Notes: generated by a model from the letters alone, not told the origin. A DNA stretch of 64,000 nt from Minisyncoccota bacterium (GCA_041663185.1 JBAZQY010000002.1:74629-138628); one strand, 5' to 3'; shown: positions 29,063 to 38,514, counted from the first letter of the stretch. Made by a program: numbers and translations.

Positions 29063-29581
29063 CTAGTCCTTTAGTAATTTCTCAATATTTAATTTTCTGG
29101 GACTGTTTGTTATGACAACCCTTTTATCTTTTATAGATTCTAATATGGCAAACATTTTCTTTCTATGACTTCTATTCCAATTTAATATCCACTTTAAGAA
29201 TTTATAATCAACTGTTTCTTTTTTGTCACTAGAAGTTCCATGTCTTTTTTCCAATTTCAAGCTAACCCTAATTGCTCTCTTTAAAACATTAAATAAATGT
29301 AAACGAGTGGGCATATCAACAAAAATTATAAGATCAGACCACTTTATTCTTGCTTCTAAGACAGAAGAATAATTTCCATCTACAACGCCAATCTCTTTTG
29401 AGAGAAATTCATTTTTACAAATATTTAACCATTCACTTTTTTCTTTCATTGACCAATCTGAGTTCAAAAGCAAATTATCTAGATGATAAATAGGATAACC
29501 TGTATATATGCTAATTCTATTAGCAAGAGTAGATTTACCTGAACCACTACCACCTAGGACTATTATCCTTTTGTATTTCAT
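29063..29581 (-). CDS. P-loop kinase, FlaR/topology-modulation-protein-like
   Basis: RIIVLGGSGSGKSTLA, HLDNL, VDGNYS, FLKWI. Confidence 0.8.
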   Translation of the reverse strand: MKYKRIIVLGGSGSGKSTLANRISIYTGYPIYHLDNLLLNSDWSMKEKSEWLNICKNEFLSKEIGVVDGNYSSVLEARIKWSDLIIFVDMPTRLHLFNVLKRAIRVSLKLEKRHGTSSDKKETVDYKFLKWILNWNRSHRKKMFAILESIKDKRVVITNSPRKLNIEKLLKD

Positions 29582-29710
29582 ATATTATATAATATCATTT
29601 TTAAATATCTTTTTAAACTAAAAGATAGTAACTAGCAAGAACGGTTCTTACTAAAATAAGATAAAGTTCTCTAGCCCGCTAAAGTAACAAAACCTTCTAA
29701 GCCTCCCATG

Positions 29711-29742
29711 ACATTCCGACATTCTCAAGAATGTGAGAATGT
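29711..29742. repeat. Palindrome family E, copy 2
   Basis: acattccgacattct-ca-agaatgtgagaatgt, 5 nt before the acyP fragment. Confidence 0.8.
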
Positions 29743-29747
29743 CAAAT

Positions 29748-29849
29748 ATGCAAAAGAAAATTATTTTAAAAATTTACGGGAAAGTGCAGGGAGTGTTTTT
29801 TTGTGATTCGGTGAAAAGAAAAGCCGAAGAGCTCGACTTGATTAGCTAG
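29748..29849 (+). pseudogene. Truncated acylphosphatase 5' fragment
   Basis: MQKKIILKIYGKVQGVFFCDSVKRKAEELDLIS* aligns with the 31014 gene start (LKIYGRVQGVFFRDS); catalytic Arg replaced by Cys. Confidence 0.85.
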
Positions 29850-29913
29850 AATCGTTCTAGCTAGCTAATTCAAGTCAAGAACTCTCTTTTTTGCTTTGTG
29901 GTATAATTAGAAT

Positions 29914-30582
29914 ATGAAAAAAATATATTTATATCTAATAATAGTGATAGTTATTGGAGTAGGGGCATGGTTTGTATTTAATAGTCAATTAACAAAAAAG
30001 CAAGATGCGGGCTTGGCAAATCCTGCCTCGGTATTTTGCGTAAACAATGGCGGACGGCTGGACATAAGAACTAATGCAAGTGGGGGGCAAACAGGGTATT
30101 GTATTTTTAAAGACAATAGCGAATGTGAGGAATGGGCGTATTCTCGAGGTGAATGTAAACAAGGCGAGCCCGTTTTGCCAGAGACAGAAATATCGATTCG
30201 CTTGTATTATTATAACCCCGCATTGGATCAAGGTCCTGGCGGAGCGCAATGCACTTCCAAGGGGCTTGTCGCCGTCGAGCGCATGATTCCAAAGACCACT
30301 ATGCCACTTACAGAATCGATCAAGCTTTTATTGAAGGGTGAGATATCGCAGGCAGAAAAAGCTCAAGGTCTTACCAGCGAGTTTCCACTCGCCGGTGTGA
30401 CACTCGCTCTGGCAACAGTCGAGAATGGAGTCGCAACGCTAACCTTTAGTGACTCTCAAAATAAAACTGGCGGTGGGTCATGCCGAGTCGCCATTTTATG
30501 GGCTCAAATCGAAGCCACAGCAAAACAATTTCCGACTGTTACCTCAGTCCGCTTTTTGCCAGAAGAATTGTTCCAACCCTAA
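29914..30582 (+). CDS. Membrane-anchored DUF333 + GerMN-like domain protein
   Basis: ANPASVFCVNNGG..GYC..CEEW (DUF333); GGSCRV..AQIEATAKQFPTVTSV (GerMN-like). Confidence 0.8.
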   Translation: MKKIYLYLIIVIVIGVGAWFVFNSQLTKKQDAGLANPASVFCVNNGGRLDIRTNASGGQTGYCIFKDNSECEEWAYSRGECKQGEPVLPETEISIRLYYYNPALDQGPGGAQCTSKGLVAVERMIPKTTMPLTESIKLLLKGEISQAEKAQGLTSEFPLAGVTLALATVENGVATLTFSDSQNKTGGGSCRVAILWAQIEATAKQFPTVTSVRFLPEELFQP

Positions 30583-30652
30583 ATAATTTTGGGATAGGGG
30601 GGAGGGGGCGCATTTTCGAATCTTACAAATTAAAATAACCCCATATTAATCA

Positions 30653-30690
30653 TTAACATTCCAACATTCTGCAGAATGTTGGAATGTTAA
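30653..30690. repeat. Palindrome family E, copy 3 (perfect 38 nt) upstream of the ArsR gene
   Basis: ttaacattccaacattctg|cagaatgttggaatgttaa. Confidence 0.85.
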
Positions 30691-30714
30691 ATTAAATATG
30701 CTAATATAGTAAAT

Positions 30715-30984
30715 ATGAGAAAAACATCAAAACAATTAGAACGTTATTTTAAGGGGGTATCTAATCATAGACGAATTGATATTTTATTAGCGGTAGAAAA
30801 AAATGAGGGGATCTCAGTTGAAGAAATTGCAAATTTATTGGAGACAAATTTTAAAACTATTTCTCAGCACACACATTCATTAGTTCGCGCAGGGCTTTTG
30901 AATAAAAAATATGCCGGTCGGCAGGTCACACATTCGCTTTCTCCATACGGAAGATCTTTTATAAAGTTCATGAAATCATTCTAA
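30715..30984 (+). CDS. ArsR/SmtB family winged-HTH regulator
   Basis: FKGVSNHRRIDIL..SVEEIA..ISQHTHSLVRAGLL. Confidence 0.85.
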   Translation: MRKTSKQLERYFKGVSNHRRIDILLAVEKNEGISVEEIANLLETNFKTISQHTHSLVRAGLLNKKYAGRQVTHSLSPYGRSFIKFMKSF

Positions 30985-31006
30985 CATTCTGCAGAATGTT
31001 AGAATG
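30977..31006. repeat. Palindrome family E, copy 4 (perfect 30 nt), containing the ArsR stop codon
   Basis: cattctaacattctg|cagaatgttagaatg. Confidence 0.85.
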
Positions 31007-31013
31007 TTAAAAT

Positions 31014-31286
31014 ATGTCAAAGAGGATAAATCTAAAAATTTATGGTCGGGTGCAAGGAGTGTTTTTTCGCGATTCGGCACAAAAGGAAGCGAGGAAGCTT
31101 GGCTTGGTCGGCTTTGCGCGTAATGATGTGGATGGGACCGTTTATATTGAAGTCGAAGGAGAAGAAGAAAAATTAAATGAATTCATCAAATGGTGTCAAA
31201 ACGGTCCCGACCATGCTCAAGTAGATAAAGTAGAAATGCAATGGCTCAAGGCCACCGAAACATTTTCCGATTTTAAAATAAAATAA
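31014..31286 (+). CDS. acyP: Acylphosphatase
   Basis: GRVQGVFFR, GFARN..DGTV, GP..AQV. Confidence 0.95.
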   Translation: MSKRINLKIYGRVQGVFFRDSAQKEARKLGLVGFARNDVDGTVYIEVEGEEEKLNEFIKWCQNGPDHAQVDKVEMQWLKATETFSDFKIK

Positions 31287-31304
31287 TAATGATATAATAG
31301 AAAG

Positions 31305-31697
31305 ATGCAAAGCGATTGGTACGCACAACTCATCAAGCCTTCTTGGGCGCCCTCTAGCTGGCTTTTTGGGCCGGTTTGGACTTTTTTGTATGCCATCATT
31401 TTTGTTTCTTTCGGTACGGTTTTTTATAAAGTTTTTAAAAAAGAGATTCCAGTAATCGTTGCTCTGCCTTTTGTTTTGAATTTGATTTTCAATTTCTCTT
31501 TTACTTATTTACAATTTGGATTAAAAAGTAATATATTAGCGGCTATTGATATACTACTAGTTCTTGGCACTTTGATTTGGGCGATGATAGCGATTTGGCC
31601 TCATTTACGTTGGGTGGTTCTCGCCAATATTCCATATCTCTTGTGGGTTTCCTTTGCCACAATTTTACAATTAACTATTACTTACTTGAATAAATAA
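31305..31697 (+). CDS. tspO: TspO/MBR tryptophan-rich sensory protein
   Basis: WYAQLIKPSWAPSSWLFGPVWTFLY, PYLLWVSFAT. Confidence 0.92.
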   Translation: MQSDWYAQLIKPSWAPSSWLFGPVWTFLYAIIFVSFGTVFYKVFKKEIPVIVALPFVLNLIFNFSFTYLQFGLKSNILAAIDILLVLGTLIWAMIAIWPHLRWVVLANIPYLLWVSFATILQLTITYLNK

Positions 31698-32135
31698 ATG
31701 GAAGTTTTTTTTATTTTTATTACTTTAGCTGGTTTTATTATAGGACTTGGAGCAGTGACGGTTATTGATCTGCACGGCTTTCTTGGACGAAAATCAAGTT
31801 ATTGGACTGAAGCAACTATTCGCACTCATAAAATAACAAAACCTTTGATATGGATTGGTATTCTTCTTGTAAGTATAGGACACATTTTTCTTGCCAAGTT
31901 TGAAATAATCAATGCTTACCAATTAGAAATTAGATCTTTAATCATTGTTCTTTTGATAGTCAATGGGATTTTTCTTTCTTTTGTCGTAAGCCCAGCACTT
32001 CTTGCACAAGAAAAAGAAGGAAGGCAAAAAGAGCTTTTGCCAAAAATTCTGCAAAATAAAATAACAGCAAGTTTTGTTGTCTCATTTTTAGGCTGGTGGG
32101 GTTTGGTATATCTGTTTGCAATTATTTTTATATGA
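31698..32135 (+). CDS. Four-TM hypothetical membrane protein
   Basis: Hydrophobic segments; abuts tspO and overlaps the next gene (ATGA). Confidence 0.7.
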   Translation: MEVFFIFITLAGFIIGLGAVTVIDLHGFLGRKSSYWTEATIRTHKITKPLIWIGILLVSIGHIFLAKFEIINAYQLEIRSLIIVLLIVNGIFLSFVVSPALLAQEKEGRQKELLPKILQNKITASFVVSFLGWWGLVYLFAIIFI

Positions 32136-32437
32136 GAGTCTGGGATATACATCCGAAACATTTATGTAGAAAACACTTACTGGCTGAGCACCGGGAACTT
32201 CACGGACTCTGGAATATTTTAACAATTCACAAGGCTAAGGGTGGATATTCTAGACATCCGGAGACCTTACGTTGGGTCGGGAAAACCAGAGCTCTTTATG
32301 ACAGGCATGAAGCATTAATAAAAGAATTCAAACGTCGAGGGTACAATCATTATACTCCGCTTAATAAGAAGTTCGCTAAAGGGAAGAAAGATCAGAATAT
32401 TTTTATAAATACAGTAAAAGAGCAAAAAAAATTCTGA
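32132..32437 (+). CDS. Pyrimidine-dimer DNA glycosylase / endonuclease V-like protein; C-terminus possibly frameshifted
   Basis: MRVWDIHPKHLCRKHLLAEHRELH..GYSRHPETLRW..RRGYNH. Confidence 0.8.
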   Translation: MRVWDIHPKHLCRKHLLAEHRELHGLWNILTIHKAKGGYSRHPETLRWVGKTRALYDRHEALIKEFKRRGYNHYTPLNKKFAKGKKDQNIFINTVKEQKKF

Positions 32438-32506
32438 AGAAAAAGCCGTGCGACTGTCTGCCTGATTAATATATTTATTAAAATAAATAAATGATATGAT
32501 ATATCT

Positions 32507-34108
32507 ATGACTCAAAAGGAAGCACTTTCGATTTTAAAAACTGGTGCAAATGTTTTTCTGACAGGAGAACCTGGAGCCGGGAAAACTTACACGATAAATG
32601 AATATGTAAAATATTTGCGTGATGCTGGTGTTGAAGTAGCCATTACGGCTTCGACGGGAATTGCCGCGACTCATATTGGCGGAATGACGATTCACTCATG
32701 GAGTGGGATTGGTATAAAAAGAAAACTTGATAAATATGATTTAGATAAACTTGGAAGTAATGAATATGTCGTTAAAAGAATTAACCGAGCCAAAGTACTT
32801 GTCATTGATGAAGTTTCAATGCTCTCGGCTGTGACTTTGTCGATGGTGGATGCAGTTTGTCGAGAAGTCAGGCGAAGTTCTGAGGCTTTTGGTGGTTTGC
32901 AAGTAATATTTGTTGGAGATTTTTTTCAATTACCACCAATAATAAAAAAAATGGTTGATGAGGAAATACAAATCGATGAAGATTTACAGATGACAATGAT
33001 GCCCGAAGGTAAAGAGCAAATATTTGCGTATGATTCGCAAGCGTGGCAAAGGGCAAGGCCGGTAGTTTGCTATATTAGTGAACAGTATCGTCAGGACGAC
33101 GAAGATTTTTTATCAATTCTCTCAGCAATCAGAAAAAATGATTTTCAAGATAAGCATTTAAAGAAAATTGAATCGCGGGTGGTTGATGAATTGAATTTCC
33201 CTAAAAATGTACCAAAACTTTTTTCGCATAATGTGAATGTCGATTTTGTAAATACTGAAACTCTTTCTAAGATTGACAATCCAACAGTTGTTTTTGAAAT
33301 GACTTCGAAAGGCCCAGATGCGCTTGTAAATATTTTAAAAAAGGGATGCCTATCGCCAGAAACTTTGTCTTTAAAAGTCGGAGCAGAAGTGATGTTTACA
33401 AAAAATAATCAAAAAGAAGGATTTGTAAATGGAACACTTGGAGAAGTTGTTGATTTTAAAAATGGGACTGGTTACCCACTTGTCCAGACGAAAAAAGGAA
33501 AAACAATTTTAGTCGAGCCGATGGAGTGGAGTGTTGAAGAAAATGGAAAAATTAAAGCCAAGATTATACAAATGCCACTACGGCTGGCTTGGGCAATAAC
33601 TGTCCACAAAAGCCAAGGGATGAGTATGGACTCGGCCTTGATGGATTTATCTGAAGTATTTGAATATGGCCAGGGATATGTGGCTCTTTCGCGAGTTAGA
33701 CGCTTGTCGGGGCTTCACATTATTGGATTAAATGAGAAAGCTTTCAAGGTTCATCCTGATGTTCTATCGAAAGATAAAATATTTAAAGAAGAATCATCTG
33801 AAGCCGAAAAAGCTTTTGCTCAAATTCCACAAGATGAGATGTCAACAATGCATGATAATTTTATTTTTGCCTCAGGGGGAACTCCTCGGAAAAATATTCC
33901 AAGTAAAAATAAAGGTTCCAAACTAGAAGAAATTAGAAAAAAATACCCAAATGCTTACAGGTCTTGGAGTAAAGAAGAAGATGATAAATTGCGGCATCTT
34001 TTTGTAAAAAAGATAAAAGCGCGAGATATCGCTCGTGAATTTGGGCGCAAAACCGGCGCAATCCATGCCCGATTAGAAAAACTTGGTTTAGAAGAAAAAA
34101 AGAAATAA
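32507..34108 (+). CDS. PIF1-family SF1B helicase with a small C-terminal helical domain
   Basis: FLTGEPGAGKT, IDEVSM, GDFFQLPP, PLRLAWAITVHKSQG, YVALSR; C-terminal AYRSWSKEED..GRKTGAIHARL. Confidence 0.9.
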   Translation: MTQKEALSILKTGANVFLTGEPGAGKTYTINEYVKYLRDAGVEVAITASTGIAATHIGGMTIHSWSGIGIKRKLDKYDLDKLGSNEYVVKRINRAKVLVIDEVSMLSAVTLSMVDAVCREVRRSSEAFGGLQVIFVGDFFQLPPIIKKMVDEEIQIDEDLQMTMMPEGKEQIFAYDSQAWQRARPVVCYISEQYRQDDEDFLSILSAIRKNDFQDKHLKKIESRVVDELNFPKNVPKLFSHNVNVDFVNTETLSKIDNPTVVFEMTSKGPDALVNILKKGCLSPETLSLKVGAEVMFTKNNQKEGFVNGTLGEVVDFKNGTGYPLVQTKKGKTILVEPMEWSVEENGKIKAKIIQMPLRLAWAITVHKSQGMSMDSALMDLSEVFEYGQGYVALSRVRRLSGLHIIGLNEKAFKVHPDVLSKDKIFKEESSEAEKAFAQIPQDEMSTMHDNFIFASGGTPRKNIPSKNKGSKLEEIRKKYPNAYRSWSKEEDDKLRHLFVKKIKARDIAREFGRKTGAIHARLEKLGLEEKKK

Positions 34109-34111
34109 AAA

Positions 34112-35503
34112 TTAAAATAGGGAAATAATTGCGGCGATAGCAGTAATGCTCATAAGTCCGATTGTCAGCCAGCCGACTATTTTTTGTGATTTTGAATTTT
34201 TATGGTAACCCATTATTTTTTCATTGCTACTGATATGGACAATAAAAATTAAAATTATCGGTGAAATGATACCATTTGTGATTGCTGAATAAATCAAAGC
34301 TTTGATTGGGTGAATACCAATAAAGTTTATAAGAATACCAATTAAAATTGAGATGATGATAATTGTGTAAAAAGCGCGAGCTTTTTTGAATCGACGATAC
34401 AATCCTTCTTTCCAGCCAAAACTTTCTGAAATTGCATACGATGTCGAGCTGGCCAGTACCGGGACGGCAAGCATACCAGTTCCAATAATACCAATTGCAA
34501 ATAAAACAGTAGCGAAGCTTCCGGCAAATGGCAGAAGGGCTAACGCGGCGTCACTGGCTGTGTCGATATCATGAACTCCATTTACAAAAAGTGTATTGGC
34601 ACAAACGGCGATAATGAAAAACATCACTAAGTTTGACAAGAACATTCCTGTCCAGATATCTCTTCTCATTTTTTTAATTTCTATTTTATTTGTTCCTCGT
34701 CGGGAATGAACAGTTGTTTTACCCTCGGCTATTTCTTCTTCAACTTCTTGTGACGTTTCCCAGAAGAAAAGATAAGGGGAAATTGTTGTCCCCAAGATTG
34801 CAGTAATTAGAAGTATTTGGCTTTTAGAAAAAGTGATATGGGGGATAAGACTATGATCGAGTAAATTACCCCAATCCATATGAATGATAAACCCAGTAAT
34901 AATGTATGAAAAAAGAGTAATTACTAACCATTTTAAATACCGGGCGTATTTTTTGTAAGGAATGATAACAGGCAAAGTTAAACACACTATTCCAATAGCA
35001 ATAATTAAAAAAGTGAAAGAGACACCAGGAGTGATTAATTGAAAAGCTGTCGCCATTGCTCCTAAATTAGCGCCGATATTAAAAATATTAGCAATCAGAA
35101 GAACGATAGTTACAAAATAAAGTAATTCTTTTTTATAAGAATGTTTGATATTAGCAGCCAGTCCGTTACCAGTCACAAGGGCGATACGGGCGCACATTTC
35201 TTGGACAGTTATAATTAAGGGAAGGGTCCAGACAGATAACCACAACAGATTTGGTCCAAACTGAGCTCCAGCTTGTGAGTAAGTGGCAATTCCCGAAGGG
35301 TCATCATCAGCAGCGCCAGTTATGATGCCCGGGCCTAATTTTTTGATATAGTCTTCTCCTTCTTCAAGAAGAGTTTCTTTTTTTATGGTAGAAGTGGCGC
35401 CAGAAACTTCTTTGACGAGGTCCTCGGACGAGGGAGGACGAGGGGCCAGACCATCGCCAAAGGAGTTTCTGGCGTCACTATTTTTATTTTCGGATGTATC
35501 CAT
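34112..35503 (-). CDS. NRAMP-family divalent metal transporter with a family-C insert near the N-terminus
   Basis: LGPGIITGAADDDPSGIATYSQAGA, QEMCAR, GTTISPY. Confidence 0.9.
   Translation of the reverse strand: MDTSENKNSDARNSFGDGLAPRPPSSEDLVKEVSGATSTIKKETLLEEGEDYIKKLGPGIITGAADDDPSGIATYSQAGAQFGPNLLWLSVWTLPLIITVQEMCARIALVTGNGLAANIKHSYKKELLYFVTIVLLIANIFNIGANLGAMATAFQLITPGVSFTFLIIAIGIVCLTLPVIIPYKKYARYLKWLVITLFSYIITGFIIHMDWGNLLDHSLIPHITFSKSQILLITAILGTTISPYLFFWETSQEVEEEIAEGKTTVHSRRGTNKIEIKKMRRDIWTGMFLSNLVMFFIIAVCANTLFVNGVHDIDTASDAALALLPFAGSFATVLFAIGIIGTGMLAVPVLASSTSYAISESFGWKEGLYRRFKKARAFYTIIIISILIGILINFIGIHPIKALIYSAITNGIISPIILIFIVHISSNEKIMGYHKNSKSQKIVGWLTIGLMSITAIAAIISLF
35394..35478 (+). repeat. 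Hairpin element family C, translated in the opposite orientation in the NRAMP gene (DARNSFGDGLAPRPPSSEDLVKEVSGAT)
   Basis: 25-bp arms with 3 differences (2 are G.T); 37-nt core identical to the uvrC copy. Confidence 0.93.
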
Positions 35504-35552
35504 ATTAAATATATTATACTATTTTTTTATAATTTGATACAATTATAAAAGT

Positions 35553-37058
35553 ATGGCTTTGAACAAACCTAACAAGATTCAGATAATTAAATATGCTCCT
35601 CCGCCTCCTGATCTGCCGACTCTTGGTAAATCAGATCCGAGCGAGGTAGTATTTATCGGACGCACCAACTACGTGGCGGCTCTCGAAGAGAAAAAATTTG
35701 TCTTTGGAATCAAGCGCATCGACCGTCGCCGTCATATGTACATTATTGGTAAGTCTGGAGTCGGTAAATCAAAACTTTTGGAATTAATGATTCGCCAAGA
35801 TATCGCCTATGGCCAAGGAGTCTGTGTGATTGACCCACACGGAGAGTTGATAGATGATATTTTAAACTTCATGCCGAAAGAAAGAATCGAAGATGTCTGT
35901 ATTATTGACCCAGGGGATATTGATTATCCATCATCATTTAATCCACTTTCAAATATTGATCCAGCCTTCAAACATCAACTCACTCAAGGGTTGATAGAAG
36001 TTTTGCGTAAACAATTCGGAGCAAACTGGACGCCACGTCTGGAGCACGTTTTTCGTTTTACAACTTTGGCGCTACTGGATTATCCTCACGCGACAATGCG
36101 TGGAATGATTTCGATGCTGACCGACCGTAACTATCGTCAAAAGGTTGTTGAGTATATCGAAGATGACATGGTCAAAAGATTCTGGGCAATTGAATTCGCC
36201 GACTGGTCTGAAAAGTTCGATACCGATGCTATTATTCCGCTTGTTAATAAATTAGGGCAGTTTCTTTCTGATCCAATGCTTCGAAACATTTTCGGACAAA
36301 AAGAAAATAAAATTGATTTGGAAAAATTGATGAATGAACAAAAAATTCTTTTGATTAATTTGTCTAAAGGAAAAATAGGGGAGGAGAATTCTTCTTTCTT
36401 TGGAGCAATGTTCTTGACCAAAATCAAACAAGCTGGAATGGCGCGAGCAAAACTTGAACCACAAGATAGACATGACTTTTATCTGTATGTCGACGAGTTC
36501 CATAATATTGTGACAGATACCTTCGAAAATATTCTCTCCGAAGCGCGTAAATATGGAATAAATCTTATCGTAGCACATCAATACGTCGGCCAACTTTTGC
36601 CAAAAGTTGAGCAAGCTGTTCTTGGAAATACTGGTTCGATTATTACATTCCGTGTGGGAGGTGATGATGCCGTCAAACTCAAATCTGACTTTGCACCGAT
36701 TTTTGAAGTTAAAGATATGATTAACTTAGGGGTTGGAGAATTTTTTATAAAAATGACAATTGATGGAGAAAGCTATGACCCATTCTCAGCCGAGACACTT
36801 CGAGTTCTGCCAGCGACTCATCCATCGTATCGCCAAGAGGCAATTGATGCATCTCGTCGCAAATACGCAATCTTGGCCGGCGAGGCCCAGAGATTGATTG
36901 CGGAAGAAGAAGCAACCATCATTCGTTCAGCACAAGAAAAAGCCGCAATTGTTGGAAATAAAAAGCCAGGAGAAGAAGACAAAGCAGAAGGAGAAGAAAA
37001 AACAAACACCAAAGGTGAATCTCCAAAAGAAGAAAAGGGCGGAGAACCACTAATATAA
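35553..37058 (+). CDS. VirD4/TraG/HerA-like P-loop ATPase
   Basis: RRRHMYIIGKSGVGKS, IDPHGE, LYVDEFHN, SEARKY, AHQY. Confidence 0.88.
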   Translation: MALNKPNKIQIIKYAPPPPDLPTLGKSDPSEVVFIGRTNYVAALEEKKFVFGIKRIDRRRHMYIIGKSGVGKSKLLELMIRQDIAYGQGVCVIDPHGELIDDILNFMPKERIEDVCIIDPGDIDYPSSFNPLSNIDPAFKHQLTQGLIEVLRKQFGANWTPRLEHVFRFTTLALLDYPHATMRGMISMLTDRNYRQKVVEYIEDDMVKRFWAIEFADWSEKFDTDAIIPLVNKLGQFLSDPMLRNIFGQKENKIDLEKLMNEQKILLINLSKGKIGEENSSFFGAMFLTKIKQAGMARAKLEPQDRHDFYLYVDEFHNIVTDTFENILSEARKYGINLIVAHQYVGQLLPKVEQAVLGNTGSIITFRVGGDDAVKLKSDFAPIFEVKDMINLGVGEFFIKMTIDGESYDPFSAETLRVLPATHPSYRQEAIDASRRKYAILAGEAQRLIAEEEATIIRSAQEKAAIVGNKKPGEEDKAEGEEKTNTKGESPKEEKGGEPLI

Positions 37059-37078
37059 TTACGAATTATAATTAAAAT

Positions 37079-37546
37079 ATGAAAAAAATATATAAACACA
37101 TTATTCTCGTTCTCAACTTAATTTTAGTAGGATCTCTTGTTTTTTTCTTATTTGGTGAGGATAAGGATACTTTACCGCGTTCTTTCGTTATGGAATTTCG
37201 TAATAATTCTACCAGCTCAGGAGCTAATCGTATTCATCATGGAGGACTCACTTTTATAAACAATAAATTGATAAATGGTTATCAGTATTATAATCTTGCA
37301 GTAAACCCATCGGCCTGCCCAGACCAAAAAAGTTGCGGTAAAGATATTGCTTGTGTGATAAAAGAAAATAAATGGGTAAGTACTATTGACGGCGATAAAT
37401 GCGAAATATATTGGTTTACGGTGATATCAAAGAAAGAGCTTGAACAAAAAATAGGAGAAATTAAACAAAACTCATCCCTGTTTAAAAAGACTGATAATAT
37501 ATATAATTGTCATTATGATACTTGTTATAAAATAACTAAATTATAA
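37079..37546 (+). CDS. Secreted or membrane-anchored Cys-containing hypothetical protein
   Basis: N-terminal TM, six Cys. Confidence 0.6.
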   Translation: MKKIYKHIILVLNLILVGSLVFFLFGEDKDTLPRSFVMEFRNNSTSSGANRIHHGGLTFINNKLINGYQYYNLAVNPSACPDQKSCGKDIACVIKENKWVSTIDGDKCEIYWFTVISKKELEQKIGEIKQNSSLFKKTDNIYNCHYDTCYKITKL

Positions 37547-37594
37547 TTCTAATACATTACTTAACACTATCGAGCAAATGATGTAAATAAAAAA

Positions 37595-38002
37595 ATGGAG
37601 AATAATAAAAATGTATTAGAAGTAAAGAGAAAATACAATAAATTAGCAATAATCAGCTTTGTTTCTTCTTTGGTTTCTTTTTTAATCTTGTTAATAATAA
37701 CCCTTGATGTCTCTAATTTATTCTTTAGAGAACTTCCTTTTGCTCAATTTTTGTCTTTTAGAGAACTTCCTTTTGTTCGATTCTTGTCTTTTCTTACTGG
37801 TTATTTGGGTGTCTTTTTCTTCAATTTAGTTCCAATATGTTTTATAATAGGCGGGATAGGGGGCATGATAACAATCAGAGAAATTAAGTATTCTCGTGAA
37901 AAAGGAAAAGGTTTAGCTATTAGTGCAATATTTTTAGCAATACTTAGTATATTTATGTTTTTGCATGGTTTATATGCAATTGTGACTGTTTTTCGCGACT
38001 GA
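37595..38002 (+). CDS. DUF4190-like membrane protein with an internal 33-nt duplication
   Basis: YNKLAIISFVSS..REIK..EKGKGLAISAI; tandem repeat 37724-37789. Confidence 0.7.
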   Translation: MENNKNVLEVKRKYNKLAIISFVSSLVSFLILLIITLDVSNLFFRELPFAQFLSFRELPFVRFLSFLTGYLGVFFFNLVPICFIIGGIGGMITIREIKYSREKGKGLAISAIFLAILSIFMFLHGLYAIVTVFRD

Positions 38003-38091
38003 TTATCAAATAATGTTATAATTAAAAATTTAAATTGTCATATTAATACATTTTTTATATGCTATAGCACACAGAAAATGTAAATAAAAAT

Positions 38092-38514
38092 ATGGAAAAA
38101 ATTTGTGAACATTATATAATATATAAACTAATGATGTTCTCAAATATCTTTCTTGCTTTACCTGTAATCTTTGCAGGAATTTATCAAGAGTGGCTTTATT
38201 GCTTTTTAGCAAGTGGACTTTTAATTTTCTCTCCACTATACCATTGGTATAGAATTTCTAAACCTTCTTCTTTGTATTTTCGCTTATTCAAAAAATTAGA
38301 TTGGTCTTTTGCAGTGGGTGCCTTTATTTATATGTATTACTATGCCTATCAAAACATAGTAGGGTATAATCAAATTATTTTTTATGCATTACTTTCTCTC
38401 GTTTTGATATTTTTCTGGTATGGATATAAAAAGAATGATTATGAAAAATGGCATCCTTGGTTTCATATCATTGCCCCTATAATTTCATCAGCAATTCTTA
38501 TTGTTGCTAATTAA
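38092..38514 (+). CDS. Membrane protein with conserved-looking His/Asp motifs (hemolysin-III/CREST-like); start may be 38131
   Basis: SPLYH..LDW..WHPWFH within TM helices. Confidence 0.55.
   Translation: MEKICEHYIIYKLMMFSNIFLALPVIFAGIYQEWLYCFLASGLLIFSPLYHWYRISKPSSLYFRLFKKLDWSFAVGAFIYMYYYAYQNIVGYNQIIFYALLSLVLIFFWYGYKKNDYEKWHPWFHIIAPIISSAILIVAN

Noticed and set aside
15758-29700. Defence island as a tRNA-integrated element or prophage
   Set aside because: I saw no integrase, phage genes or duplicated tRNA-Ala 3' end, and the island lies on the tRNA's 5' side.
28694-31006. Palindromes E/F as a CRISPR array
   Set aside because: Spacing is irregular (hundreds of bp), whole genes lie between copies, and no cas genes are present.
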